Below are positions 1-11,479 of a DNA stretch of 64,000 nucleotides, piece after piece (within the stretch, counting starts at the first letter, position 1; the number at the start of each line of letters is the position of its first letter). This stretch comes from Limnochordia bacterium (GTDB taxonomy: Bacteria; Bacillota; Limnochordia; DTU080), in NCBI GenBank assembly GCA_050951545.1, contig JBMNJG010000002.1, positions 187,258-251,257 on the forward strand, given 5' to 3'. The notes below the pieces were generated by a model, which had not been told where the DNA came from, did not search any database, and saw nothing but the letters and a program-made list of their open reading frames with translations. The translations under genes and the position numbers were made by a program.

Positions 1-77
1 GCCATTAGGGAAGAGGGGCGATCTGCAAACAGTAGAGCTCGAGCGATCCTCAGCTCTAAGTAGAGTGGCGGCGCGAA

Positions 78-105
78 GCATAGCCTCTGCTAGAAGAGGC
101 TATGC
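78..105 (-). terminator. Hairpin downstream of lhr
   Basis: Perfect 11-bp inverted repeat GCATAGCCTCT / AGAGGCTATGC about 20 nt past the stop at 124; no clear U-tract. Confidence 0.5.
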
Positions 106-123
106 GCATATTGTCTACCACCT

Positions 124-3100
124 TTATTCAGACGGGGTGTCATTGCCAGTTCGCAACTGACTAGGCCAAAGGATCAACGAATCACCAGAGACCTGAAAAC
201 CAAGGTTACGCAAAACAACAGCTGCTGGGGTCTCCAATACCGCTTGGCCATTGAACGTAGCCACACAAATGGATCGTCGCGGTCGCTGATGGCCTGGTAT
301 AGCCAGAAGCTGCGGAAAAAGGGTTAGTGCTTGTTCTGTATCGGACCACGCGCGCCCAATTGGGCTCCATAGACTCTTGCCATAGCCACTGATGTAAAGA
401 AGCATCTGCCCTCGCCCGTATATCACATAGTTGAGCGATGAGCGAGAAAAGCCCGTCCCCATGGGAAGCTCAGCGGGACAAATCGGTCCGGCTGCGCAGG
501 CCGGATCCCAGGCAGATAGTAGACGCATACTCGGTGTCTGGCTGGCCACTGCGCACGGCCCGCAATTCCTCCACAGCATGAGGATGCGCAAACTGAGAAC
601 CTGCCAACCCGGTGACAAAATAACCACTTCGAACCCTTCCCGTCATCTCCATAACACGTAGGGTGCGATATAAAGGTGGCCACAGTCTCTCGATACCTTC
701 AGCCAAGAGCATTTGGCGACAGAGCACCCCGTAGCGCCCCACCAGCACTTCGGCCAGCCGCTCTAGCGCCCAACGCTGCTGGTCCGGTGAGAGCGGTGAT
801 ATCTGATCCGAGTCTGCGGGCAGTTCGGAGTTGCCGCTACCGTCCGGTGCCGCATATGCCAGCAACGACCAGCGCCCACCGCCCAAGTCTAGGCCTAGCT
901 CAACTCGACGCCGCAGCGCACGACGCAGATGTGCCATTTCCCGTCCCTGCGGGCGGCGGCCCCAAGCAACAGGTGGTGCCTCTTTCGTAGCATCGGTTGG
1001 CGAGTCGGCTGGTTTTCCTTGACGCACCGGAGCAAACGTATCGTTTGTCACTCGGCCAAGCAGCGACAACTCCCACAGGGCCGACTGGAGTTGCTGCATT
1101 CCACCTAGCTCATCTGGTTCTCTAGACCAAGCTGCCAGTAACTCGCGGGTGAATGCTGCTCCGTGTTGCTGCAAAATGCCCTCTACCTTCTGGGCCGCAG
1201 GTGAAGCTACCGGCTGGTCCACGTTGTGCACTAGCAGGGGCAATAGCGCCGATACATCGTCATGGCGAAAAAAACCCACTCGGCCACGGTCAGGGCTGCC
1301 TCCCGGCTGCATCACCCACACAAACTCACCCCGGGCACACAGCAAATCGAGCCATGCCGGATCGTAGCCCGGCAATCGGGCGGGAAGCACATCTCGTTCC
1401 CATACTTCAACTGGGAGGAACAATCCGCTCAGCTGATCCAACACCTCGGCGAGTGCTTCGACCCCACTCTTTTGGGGCGTGTTTCCCACCTGCTGCCAGT
1501 TGAACAAGAAACTGCTGTAATCCGCTACTGCAACGGCTTCTACTTCATGACGTAGTTGAGACAAAGTGCGGCGATGTATTTCCTGCAACACATCCCGATG
1601 GCACCATTCAATGCCAGTTTCGTTGGGCAGAAAGGCGCCCTTCTGTAGGAGTCCCTCCGAGCATAACGTGTCCAAATGACCTACCACTAACGCCTCTGAC
1701 CAACCATAACGTAGTGCCAGTTCAGCAGCGGTAAACGGGCCATGCGTCCTAGCGTACCTTTTGACCAAGAACCGCTGCGCCTCTACCTGCGGCGCGCCTT
1801 CACCGGGGCCAAAAGCGGTGCTGAACAGGTCCCACTCCTCCGCAGCAATTATCCGGTCCGTCGGTGCCACCCCAAAACGGTATAGAATGGCTCGGCCAGC
1901 CTGCACTAGCTCGCTTAGCGCTGTTGCAGAGGTAATCCGCTCCTGTGCTTCGATTAGCGTGAGATCACCCACATCTAGCAGTATTTCCTCCAACTCATCT
2001 GCGTTGCGGGCCTGAGAACCAGTGGTAGAACGCTGTCGGCGAGCAATAGTAGCGGCGATGGCTGTTGGGTCAAGCAACTCTCGTAGCTGATTTTCACCCA
2101 GCATCTCCCCTAAGAGCTCACGGTCTAGGGTGAGAAACTGGGCCTTTTTCTCTGCTCGTGGGGTATCGTCGGAGTACATGTTCTCGCCTGTCAACTGCAG
2201 GACAAACGTGCGAGCAAACGGAGAAGGAGTCACCGACTGCCGATACTCCACCTGCACGATACCTTCGGTGAGATCCCGTTGGAGCTGAGTCAACCCCGGC
2301 ACATCAAGGACATCCTGAAGGCATTCTCGGAAAGCCTCTAGAGCGACCGGGAAGCTACTCTCCTTGCGCACCATGGATAGCAGATCGCCTGCCCGTACCC
2401 GCTGTAACCACAGAGGTACCCGCCGTTTGGGTGAACTGCGCCCCAAAACCAAAGAACGGGCAGCCGCCATGCGAAAGTGGGCACCAAACAAGGCCGTGGA
2501 TGGAAGCTCCGATATCAGCCGTTGTTCGATATCGTTTCCTAGGTATACCAGGGTCTCAACAGGAGGAGCAACCTGCCCGCGGGGCATATGCCAAGCAATA
2601 CCATAGTCGGTTGCCACACTTGTCAACTCATATCCTAGTTCCTCACGGGCTCGTTGCCTGGCTACCATCTCCCACGCGGCATGTAGGCGATACCCATACG
2701 GGCTGTGTAGGATGATGCGATGGTCACCGGCTTGGTCGATGTACGATTCGAGTAGCAGTCGCCGATCACTAGGAATACAACCCGTGTGCCGCAGCTGATC
2801 GTTTAGATACTCCGTCAACTCCGAAGCAGCTTGGGCATCTAACCCCACCTCGGTCGTCAACCACTGTGCGACACCCGGATCAGCCAAACGCCCGGCCAAC
2901 TCTCGCCAGAACGCTCCCAAGCGCCGGCCTGCTTCTAGGTCGCGTCCACTGCGATCGCCTTTCCAGAAAGGCATTTTCGGTAGCGCCTCAGGAGCAGGTG
3001 CCACCACCACTCGATTGTCAGTAATGCTTTGAATGCGCCAAATCGCGTTGCCCAAAATGAAGGCATCGCCACGGTGGCTCTCAAATACGAACTCTTCTTC

Positions 3101-4642
3101 GAGCTCGCCCACCCTACCACTTTGACCAGCAATATAGACTCCGTAATAGCCACGATCGGGTATGGTGCCCGCACCAGCTATCGCGGCGGCTCTGGTTCCG
3201 GGCAACGCCTGCAAGGTATCGGTGGTCCGATCCCAGGCGATTTTGGGACGCAATTCGATGAAGTCACGTGCGGGGTAGCGCCCCGACAGCATCTCGACGA
3301 TACTCAATAGCTGCTCCCGACCCAAATTACGGAATGGATAACTCTGCCGCGCCAACTGCCACAAAGCATCGATGGCCCAAGGCTCCACACCTATCATCGC
3401 CACTATCTGTTGCGCCAAGACATCGAGGCAGTTTTCGGGGATATGCGTCTCTTCCACATGGCCGATGCGCATCTCTCGGGCCACCCAGGCTGTGTCTAGC
3501 AGATCGTCGGGCGATTTTGTCAAGAACAGCATTTTGCTGGCAGCACCCAACACATGCCCCGATCGCCCAGCTCGCTGTAACCCACTGGACGGCGACCGGG
3601 GCGAGGCGATCTGGATCACCAAGTCAATGGCTCCCACATCAATCCCCAACTCCAAAGTCGATGTGCAAACCAGCGCCCGCAATTCGCCTTTCTTCAGGGC
3701 TGCCTCCACTTCTTCCCTCGCAGTACGTGACAACGACCCATGGTGGGTTTTAGCCAGCATCGTTCCGGCTGCTTCATTAATGCCCAAGGTTAGCCGCTCG
3801 GCAAGGGCGCGTGAGTTGACAAACACTAACGTAGAACGATGTGCTTGGACCTCACGCAGAACCTTCTCATGGATATCCGGCCACATTGAGCGACCTGCTG
3901 CTGGCGCAAAACTCTGCGGCCCCAGTTGCACCTGCATAGCCAGATCTTTGGCCATAAGAGCATCGATAATCCGCACCGGACGCGGAACCCCAGCCTGTGC
4001 TCCGCCCAAGAACTTGGCGATTGTGTCCAGCGGACGCTGTGTGGCCGAAAGGCCGATCCGCTGTAGATCACGGCTGGCCAGGTGTTGTAGTCGCTCTAAG
4101 GATAGCGCCAAGTGCACGCCACGTTTGTTGCCCGCCAAAGCATGAATCTCATCCACAATGACGGTATGGGTGGAAGCCAGTATATGGCGGGCTCGGGGCG
4201 ATGAGAGTAATAGGTATAGGCTTTCGGGCGTGGTGATGAGGATATCGGGCGGTTTACGCAGCATGGCCTGACGCGCTGACTGCGGCGTATCTCCCGTACG
4301 CACGGCTACTTTCACTGTGGGTAGGGTTATCCCCATTTGGGCAGCGGCGGCGGCGATACCTTCCAGGGGGGCGGTGAGGTTGCGGGCAATGTCGTTATTC
4401 AAGGCCTTTAGTGGTGACACGTACACCACTTGCACACCCTTACCGGTGCCGCGAACATACAGGCGGTCTAGGATCTCCAGGAAAGCGGCCAAGGTTTTGC
4501 CTGAGCCTGTAGCCGCTAGGATCAGACTGTTTTCGCCGGCCCGAATCACGGGCCAACCCATCTGCTGTGGAGGGCTAGGCGCGCTAAAGCGTTCCTCGAA
4601 CCAAGCCCGTACAGCGGGATGAAAACCTGCCATCACGTCCAT
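124..4642 (-). CDS. lhr: Lhr-family SF2 DEAD/H helicase, long form; +1 frameshift near 525 separates the last ~135 aa
   Basis: Motifs ATGSGKT, SPLKAL, RTGDT, TTPESL, DEIH, SAT, HHGSL, LELGIDVG, QRAGRSGH, GTIPDRG. The typical C-terminal 'LSAWDPA' segment continues in ORF 124..627. Start placed at ATG 4642 (GGAGG upstream). Confidence 0.9.
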
Positions 4643-4794
4643 ATGCGTGCCCTGGCCTCCGACCGAGACTGTGGTGGGTCTAGTGCCCGTTTCCCTTACT
4701 GGGGACATCCCTCCTCTAACATACATGCCTAACCCTGAGGTGTCCACGAAAACGGGGTGGGCTCAGAGGTGCTCGCTGGGGTCTAGAGGTTGCC

Positions 4795-5388
4795 CTAAGC
4801 AAAAACAGCCATGACCAGGACCCACTGTAGAAAGGCACCGATGGTCAGTCTCTGTAACAAGCCACCGTAGGGAGAGTTGGTGGCCACCCCCCAAGCCGTT
4901 AGACCACCCGTCACGAAAGTGATCACGAAAGAGGCCAGAGAGTAAACACCGAGCTTCCGAGTGACTGCCTCGGTTCTGAGTCCTAACCAGGCGCAGATCA
5001 TGGCCAGCATCGTTAAGGGTGACATCGCGCCCGCGAGCGCAATGTGCATTTTGCCTGAAAACGTCATGGCCACATCTCTGGAGTCCTGAGGAAAGATGCC
5101 CGTGGCCAGTCCAAGCAATGCAATGGCCATTAGCATGCGAGAAGAGCTCCGAAGCTTGGGCGTGCCACGCGGGTCTCTGTAGAACCCCCAGGCAAATGCG
5201 AACAAACCGACATTATAAAGGGTGAACAGTAGCTGCACCAACGGCAAGTCCGGGGCATTAGATGCTGTCAATTCACTGATAGTGTTATAGGCATGGCTAT
5301 ATCCCGGTAGCAGCGCTCCTCCCGTTACCACAGCACCTACATAAGCCAAGACAGCGCTAGTACCAAACACCCGATAGGCCTTACTCAT
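4795..5388 (-). CDS. DUF998-like membrane protein
   Basis: About five hydrophobic helices; PGYSH..NTISEL and GLLQR motifs typical of DUF998. Confidence 0.75.
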   Translation of the reverse strand: MSKAYRVFGTSAVLAYVGAVVTGGALLPGYSHAYNTISELTASNAPDLPLVQLLFTLYNVGLFAFAWGFYRDPRGTPKLRSSSRMLMAIALLGLATGIFPQDSRDVAMTFSGKMHIALAGAMSPLTMLAMICAWLGLRTEAVTRKLGVYSLASFVITFVTGGLTAWGVATNSPYGGLLQRLTIGAFLQWVLVMAVFA

Positions 5389-5455
5389 GCATGAAGCCCC
5401 CCAAGTCACGCTGTGCTGTCTCGTTCCTCACGAGTGACGCTCTCACCAAGATGAG

Positions 5456-5492
5456 AGGGTGGCGCCCGCCTGATCTGCGAGCGTCACCCTTC
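5456..5492 (-). repeat. 3'-UTR hairpin, family A copy 1
   Basis: Minus strand GAAGGGTGACGCTCGC...GCGGGCGCCACCCT; 16 nt identical to 16279-16294. Confidence 0.6.
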
Positions 5493-5536
5493 CTGATTCA
5501 GTACCCTGTGCTGAGGTGTAGCCGTTGGCGGACTCG

Positions 5537-6628
5537 TTAGAACGATGGGGCGAATTGCCGCGATAGTGGGTTTTGCTTGTGGCACTCCTCGATCACGGCA
5601 ATCTGCTGGCGTACTTGCTGGGGTGTTACCTCCAAAGGCGCCCCTTCTGTGAGCGTTTTATACAGCATGTTATAGAACGCCCCGGAAATCACACTGAAGA
5701 GGTCTTTCTTCTCTGCGGGCACATCCCATGATTCCTCGTACCATGTCAGCTTTTCGCTGCAGTACGCCGGAGTTCCGTCGGCCTTCACAATTGGTGAAGG
5801 GATCAACTGCTGTTCGGGTGTCTCTTCTGGACGGAAATACTTCCAGTCCATATGTGTCATGGAGCCCTTCAGACCGCCGCATGTTCCCTGCACATTATAG
5901 GTGAAGGAGGGGTAAGCGCAGCACGAAGAGATCTCCAGATCGATAACCGGACGGCCATGGCCACTGAGAATAAGCTTCACATAATCCTCTGCGTCGCCGA
6001 ATGTGTTGGCCCGGTCCATGAAACACGTGACATCGGGCATCACATCGGAGCCAAAGAGTTGGAGCGCTTGATCCAGAGGATGAGGACCGGTGTTTAGTAG
6101 GTTCCCGCCATTGTTGGCCTGGACGCACTGCCAATCCCATCTTCTCGCAAACCCATTGAAGGCTACGCTGATCTGCACAATTCGACCGAGCACACCGGAG
6201 TCGATCACCCTCCTCACCTGTTGGAAGTAGGGGGCGTATCTCGACTGCTGGAAAATGGCGATTGTTCGGCCGGACTTCTGTGCAGCAGCGATAAGCTGAT
6301 CGACCTCATCGACTCTGCGTGCTAGAGGTTTCTCGCACAAAACATTGAAGCCGTTATTCAACAGATCTAGGGAAATGGGCACATGCAAGTGACTCGGGGT
6401 GGAGTTAACCACCAGATCGAAATCATCCCTGCCCAGTATGGAATGATAGTCACTAAATGAAACGCAGCCATATTCCTTTTCGGCTCGCTGGCGGCGTTCC
6501 TCCAACGGGTCGACAATGGCGACGATCTTGAACTTATCCTGGGCGGTCTTCAGGAATCTACCGTGGATATCCCGACCACTTCGTCCTTGCCCCAGAATGC
6601 ACACCCTCAGCTGCTTCATCTTTTCCAT
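5537..6628 (-). CDS. Gfo/Idh/MocA oxidoreductase
   Basis: N-terminal Rossmann GQGRSG, CEKP motif, GGNLLNTGPHPLD. Confidence 0.9.
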   Translation of the reverse strand: MEKMKQLRVCILGQGRSGRDIHGRFLKTAQDKFKIVAIVDPLEERRQRAEKEYGCVSFSDYHSILGRDDFDLVVNSTPSHLHVPISLDLLNNGFNVLCEKPLARRVDEVDQLIAAAQKSGRTIAIFQQSRYAPYFQQVRRVIDSGVLGRIVQISVAFNGFARRWDWQCVQANNGGNLLNTGPHPLDQALQLFGSDVMPDVTCFMDRANTFGDAEDYVKLILSGHGRPVIDLEISSCCAYPSFTYNVQGTCGGLKGSMTHMDWKYFRPEETPEQQLIPSPIVKADGTPAYCSEKLTWYEESWDVPAEKKDLFSVISGAFYNMLYKTLTEGAPLEVTPQQVRQQIAVIEECHKQNPLSRQFAPSF

Positions 6629-6937
6629 CCCCTTGCGATCAACTACACCTCACATTACGGGCTACGCCCGCAACGCGGCTGGTGACGTCATATTGATATA
6701 TTAGCGATTCTCAGCCGGCATCCTTGGTGTGGGGTGGTTTTTCCCTTCGCAGATAGAAACCCGATAGGGATTGACGAGGATTGGGCGGCTGCAAGAGTGG
6801 GCGGTACTCCACTGTTTCCATGTCTCGAGGCGTGCTCTGGTGACTCGTAGCAGGTATTCCTGTGTATCATTGGGAATTGGATAAAGAGCCGACACTAGTG
6901 CGCATCGAGCATCGTCACTTGGATCGTACAGAGGTGC

Positions 6938-7954
6938 ATGTTTGTGGGAGGCAGCAATCAGGCAGCGTATGCTCTAGCCCTAAAGGGTATCCCGGGAATC
7001 GGTGATCGCTCGGTTGCAGTGCTCATGCAGATTTTCCCTGATCCTAGGGGTATCTTGGATGCCTCGGAGAGTCAAATGGCTGCTTTGAGCCCGAGGTTAC
7101 GGCGCATAGTTCGGGAGCTTCGACCTGCTCAGTGGCAACTGCTGCACGATCAGGCATCAACAGTCCTTGATCTGCACCGCGAAGCTGGGTTTCATCCGGT
7201 TGCCCGGACCGATGCAGGCTATCCCCGTCTTCTGCGCCTTGTGCCTGATGCTCCGGCAATTCTTTACGTCCGTGGGTCTGTTTCAGCGTTGCAGGAGGCT
7301 CTGACCGTGACGGTTGTGGGTACGCGCCAGCCGACGCGCCTCGGAGTACTTCGCGCCCGACGCTTAGCGGCAGCTCTAGCAGAGAGAGGAATGGTGGTCG
7401 TTAGTGGACTGGCCCGTGGTATTGATACCGCTGCTCATCAGGGCGTGTTGGACGTAGGCGGTCGAACGCTCGCGGTTCTCGCCAATCCAATCGATACAGT
7501 GTACCCTACAGAGAACAGGGCGCTGGCTGAGCGCATCATATCTACTGGAGGAGCGCTGGTAAGCGAGCATGGCGCTGGCCAGCAACTCGCTCGCCACGCT
7601 TTCGTGTTACGTGACCGCATCCAGAGTGGCCTGTCGGTGGCCACAATCGTGGTACAGACGGATACCACTGGGGGTACGATGCATACGGTTGGCTTTGCCC
7701 GCCGTCAAGGACGGCTTCTCTTGTGCTTGGCCCCAGTGGCGGATGAGCTGGAAGCATCGCAGACAGCTGGCGTGCGTCAGCTGTTGTCAGCTGGTAGGGC
7801 ACAGCCCTTCAAGGAGGGCGATGAACGAGCTTTGCCTGAGCGTCTGGCGGAGCATCGCCAGTTTCTTATGAAGAAGGTGTCCTTGCCTCATGGGATGGAT
7901 GACATGCAGCGAGCCCGCCCTTCTCAAACTACGCTGGAAGGATTGTTTGACTAA
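6938..7954 (+). CDS. dprA: DprA/Smf-family DNA-processing protein, divergent variant
   Basis: YPRLL, VVGTR, VVSGLARGIDTAAH, LVSE, RDRIQSGLS motifs; no C-terminal winged helix recognised. Confidence 0.85.
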   Translation: MFVGGSNQAAYALALKGIPGIGDRSVAVLMQIFPDPRGILDASESQMAALSPRLRRIVRELRPAQWQLLHDQASTVLDLHREAGFHPVARTDAGYPRLLRLVPDAPAILYVRGSVSALQEALTVTVVGTRQPTRLGVLRARRLAAALAERGMVVVSGLARGIDTAAHQGVLDVGGRTLAVLANPIDTVYPTENRALAERIISTGGALVSEHGAGQQLARHAFVLRDRIQSGLSVATIVVQTDTTGGTMHTVGFARRQGRLLLCLAPVADELEASQTAGVRQLLSAGRAQPFKEGDERALPERLAEHRQFLMKKVSLPHGMDDMQRARPSQTTLEGLFD

Positions 7955-7969
7955 CTACCGCGAAGGGCC

Positions 7970-8527
7970 ATGACGGCTATCTGCAAGATAGTCGTAGCAT
8001 CGCGCTGCGTATTTGGCTATGATGGTTCTGAGACAAGCATTCGTGGAAGGGATTGGTGGTTGATGACTGGAGGCAGCTGGCCCTTGTGTGGATCATCACG
8101 CATTCATGACTACATCGAGGCAGAGTATCTGGATCAGGAGCTGCTTGTGTTGCTCTTTCATCGAGGGACTCTTCTCGCCAGCGTGCGCATGGTTATGGAC
8201 GACGTGGGTCTGGAGTTGTCCGAGGAGATCCTGTCCAATGGCACCAAGGATACTGAGGCCTGGTCCGAAGACGAGTTCGATCCCTATTACACCCATCTCA
8301 TTCTGTATGGAGACATGATGGAGTCTCTTGACGGATACCCTCTAACCCAGGTTACGCTGCCGTTGGAGGATCTTCGTAGTGCCATAGCCGAGATGGCTCA
8401 GGAGACCCTCGTTATTACTAGCGGTAGTTGGCGGCTGCATATTCGCAAGCTGGACCGACCGACATCGGATTACGACGACGAGAGGCGTCTTAGCAGGCCC
8501 TTGCCTGCATTGCCAGACATATTCTGA
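7970..8527 (+). CDS. Hypothetical acidic protein
   Basis: Open frame directly after dprA on the same strand; start uncertain; no motif recognised. Confidence 0.5.
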   Translation: MTAICKIVVASRCVFGYDGSETSIRGRDWWLMTGGSWPLCGSSRIHDYIEAEYLDQELLVLLFHRGTLLASVRMVMDDVGLELSEEILSNGTKDTEAWSEDEFDPYYTHLILYGDMMESLDGYPLTQVTLPLEDLRSAIAEMAQETLVITSGSWRLHIRKLDRPTSDYDDERRLSRPLPALPDIF

Positions 8528-8660
8528 TAGCCGTTACTGTTGTCTAGCCACACTCGGGTCTCTGGCGCGCGGGCTATTACCTTCATGATGAGACTATATG
8601 GCATCTTGCGCCGAATTAGCGATGAGCTAAGATGGAAGTGTCGCGGAGGAGGCCTTTGCC

Positions 8661-9488
8661 ATGTCATTTTGTTGGAGATGCCGTTTTGCCATAGTGAGCA
8701 CGTTGCTGGTCCTTCTAGGCTTTGGGTGGGTGTCCGTTATGGCGGACACCCCGAGCTTTTCGCTCGAGGAAACCTCAACCTTTGCGAGGCGAGACCCCCT
8801 CTTTGCCGCAGCTGCTAGTGCTCTTTTGCCGGGTGCCGGGCAGTTTTACAATGGCGAGACGGGAAAGGGGCTCCTGGTAGCGGCGAGCGAGGTCGTGGGA
8901 ACAGCCTTTGCGGTACAGACGATCATGAGCCACGAATCGCTGGATGTTCGGCGCGATGGGAGATTGCTACTGTTGCCTGTCGCCTATGGCGCCTCGATCG
9001 TCGACGCTGCGCGGCGAGCTGCGGCCTACAACCAAAGGCGGGTAGCTATGGGGCAGGAGGGGCAAGATTTGCTGGCTAGACAGCCGCGCATCGTGCTCAG
9101 CCTACAGGGTGCTGGGATGAGTGGTCAAGAGCTGGGCATGCTGGCCGAGGTTGAATTGTTCCTGTTATCAGGTCTGGGTGTGGTGGCGGCGAAGTCCATC
9201 ATCCCTGGTCCCGACGACGTGGTTGTTGGGGCACTGCGCTGGTATCCGCACCCCGGACGCGCCAGCCAGTTTTTCGTGGCAGCCGAGGTGGGCTATCAGT
9301 CGGGCAGGTCGGGCTACGGCTACACTCTTTGCTGGAACGGAGCCAGCGCCGGCTTAGCGTTTTCCTGGCCGGATAGTCCTTGGCGGTGGACGGCCGCGAT
9401 CAGCGCTGGGCGGGTGCAGGGGGTGGCTGGTTATATTTACCAAGGGTCCTACGTGAAGTGGAGCAGTGGGCTGGGGATGAGGTTCTAG
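8661..9488 (+). CDS. Secreted protein with DUF5683/TM2-like segment and probable C-terminal outer-membrane beta-barrel
   Basis: Signal peptide; SALLPGAGQFYNGETGKG motif; alternating Gly/aromatic strands; terminal Phe (GLGMRF). Confidence 0.6.
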   Translation: MSFCWRCRFAIVSTLLVLLGFGWVSVMADTPSFSLEETSTFARRDPLFAAAASALLPGAGQFYNGETGKGLLVAASEVVGTAFAVQTIMSHESLDVRRDGRLLLLPVAYGASIVDAARRAAAYNQRRVAMGQEGQDLLARQPRIVLSLQGAGMSGQELGMLAEVELFLLSGLGVVAAKSIIPGPDDVVVGALRWYPHPGRASQFFVAAEVGYQSGRSGYGYTLCWNGASAGLAFSWPDSPWRWTAAISAGRVQGVAGYIYQGSYVKWSSGLGMRF

Positions 9489-9623
9489 GTGGGCCCGCTA
9501 TGCCTACTGTGGACCTGGGAATTCAGAGAATGGCAAGAGGAGACCCCCCCTGGTCACCGAACTCTGGGGCATGGGGTGATGCCTTTTCCCCGTTCCAATT
9601 ATTGGAAAAAGGAAGTGGTCGTA

Positions 9624-9965
9624 TTGGGGATGATAGCCGAATTTAAGGAGTTCGCGGTCAAGGGAAATGTGATGGACATGGCCGCCGGGATTATCATTGG
9701 AGGTGCCTTCGGCAAGGTCGTTTCATCACTGGTCAACGATGTGCTCATGCCGCCGATCGGCGTGCTCCTAGGCGGCGTTGATTTCGCCGATCTTGCTATC
9801 ACCTTGAAGCGGGCAACTTTGACCACCCCAGCTGTAGTGTTAGGTTACGGCAAGTTCGTTCAGACCGTCGTGGACTTCCTGATTGTAGCCTGGGCCGTCT
9901 TTTTAATCGTGAAAGTAATGAACGTATTGCGGCGCCAAAAAAGCACCGATGATAAGGCCGCTTGA
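9624..9965 (+). CDS. mscL: Large-conductance mechanosensitive channel
   Basis: [41 protein letters not shown]; start TTG 9624 or ATG 9630. Confidence 0.95.
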   Translation: MGMIAEFKEFAVKGNVMDMAAGIIIGGAFGKVVSSLVNDVLMPPIGVLLGGVDFADLAITLKRATLTTPAVVLGYGKFVQTVVDFLIVAWAVFLIVKVMNVLRRQKSTDDKAA

Positions 9966-9981
9966 AGCGAGTCACAGACAG

Positions 9982-10017
9982 CGGCCGCCCGGCAGCGTGA
10001 TTGGCAGCCGGGCGGCC
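9982..10017. terminator. GC-rich hairpin between convergent mscL and nagA (family B copy 1)
   Basis: GGCCGCCCGGC...TGATTGG...GCCGGGCGGCC. Confidence 0.55.
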
Positions 10018-10036
10018 AGAATGTGTTATAGCCACT

Positions 10037-11257
10037 TTACGATCTCGAAAAGACAACCTTCCCAGAGACGATGGTCTTTTGTACCCGGACATGATCGTCG
10101 AAGATGGTGATATCGCCAGCCAAACCTGGAGAGAGCACGCCTCGCTCATGCGCCATACCGTGAATGCGAGCGGGGATCAGGGTGGCCATCTTGACGGCGT
10201 CGATAACTGAGAGGCCGACGAGTTCTGTCATTGTCCGTACAGCTTGATCCATCGTCGCTACGCTACTGGCAAACGCTGTGCGATCAGCCAGTTTAGCCAC
10301 GTAGTTACCCGGTCGCCGCTTGACCTCGAACTCCGGCGCCACGTCATCTTCCACGACTACCTTCAGACCAAACAGCTCATAGGGCCCGGGCTCAAGCCCG
10401 GCCGCAGCCATGGCATCGGTCGTCACACATACCTGGTTGAGCCCCTTAGCTTTGAGCACGAGCTTCATCAGGCTGGGCGGAAGGTGGTGTCCGTCAGCGA
10501 TCAGCTCTGTAGTTAGCTCATCAATAGCAAGCACCGCCTCGATAATCCCAGAGATGCGATAGGCATTGATGCGCCGTACACCTGACATACCCGAGAACAT
10601 ATGTGTGGCGTGGGTGTAACCGTTTTCCACAGCCTTGATCACATCGTCGAAAGTACCGTCGCTGTGAGCAATGGAGGCCACGATGCCCCGCCGACGTAGC
10701 TCTTGACCGAGCTCAAGCGCACCGGGAAGCTCGGGCGCAGCAGAGACCCTGCGGATGAAGGAGAAGCGGTCAAGTACGGGCCCGAAATCCTCAAGACTCG
10801 GATGCTTGATGTACTCCGGATTTTGCGCGCCGGCTTGCGCTAGGTTGAAGTAGGGGCCCTCCAGGTGGGCACCCACAATGGCCGCACCAGCGTACTCCAT
10901 GCCTTGCACGGTCTCAATGGCCTCGAGAGCTCGAACAATCGCTTCCATGGGAGCAGCCAGTGTCGTAGGCAGCATGGCAGTTACCCCGCCCCTGGCATGG
11001 GCCTGGGCACAGGTGATGATATCCGACGGCGTTGCCCCCATCACATCGCCGCCTCCACCTCCGTGGAGATGGGTCTCGATGAACCCTGGAGACACAAAGG
11101 CACCTCCAGCATCGATGACCTCTGCATCTGCAGGTGCTGTGATCGCCTCTTGGGGCCCCACACATCGTATTGCGCCGCCTTCGAGGAGTACGGCCCCGCG
11201 GTCAATCACTCGCATGGGAGTGATGACGCGGCCGTTTCGGATGAGGAGCATTGACAT
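10037..11257 (-). CDS. nagA: N-acetylglucosamine-6-phosphate deacetylase
   Basis: PGFIETHLHG, HLEGPY, GAQ, APE, AHS, THMFSGM, ADGHH, TDAM amidohydrolase motifs. Confidence 0.88.
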   Translation of the reverse strand: MSMLLIRNGRVITPMRVIDRGAVLLEGGAIRCVGPQEAITAPADAEVIDAGGAFVSPGFIETHLHGGGGGDVMGATPSDIITCAQAHARGGVTAMLPTTLAAPMEAIVRALEAIETVQGMEYAGAAIVGAHLEGPYFNLAQAGAQNPEYIKHPSLEDFGPVLDRFSFIRRVSAAPELPGALELGQELRRRGIVASIAHSDGTFDDVIKAVENGYTHATHMFSGMSGVRRINAYRISGIIEAVLAIDELTTELIADGHHLPPSLMKLVLKAKGLNQVCVTTDAMAAAGLEPGPYELFGLKVVVEDDVAPEFEVKRRPGNYVAKLADRTAFASSVATMDQAVRTMTELVGLSVIDAVKMATLIPARIHGMAHERGVLSPGLAGDITIFDDHVRVQKTIVSGKVVFSRS

Positions 11258-11406
11258 CGATCCTTTCTAAAGCCCAGCGCTGGAGATCAGGGGTCAACCC
11301 GTATACTGACTGAGCGTGTACTCCTGGTTTACGTTCAACGTGATGCGCGCTTTACCTCTGATACAAGAACCCAATCCAGCGCGTCATTCATCATCGCAGT
11401 GTGAAC

Positions 11407-11432
11407 CGCCCGGACCTGATTGGCCGGGCGGG
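11407..11432. repeat. GC-rich hairpin, family B copy 2
   Basis: CCGCCCGGACC TGATT GGCCGGGCGG; same arms and TGATTGG core as 9985-10015. Confidence 0.5.
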
Positions 11433-11479
11433 ATTGGGTGTGGACGTCTTCTCGTCGCATGTGATTCCGTGCGGATGCT

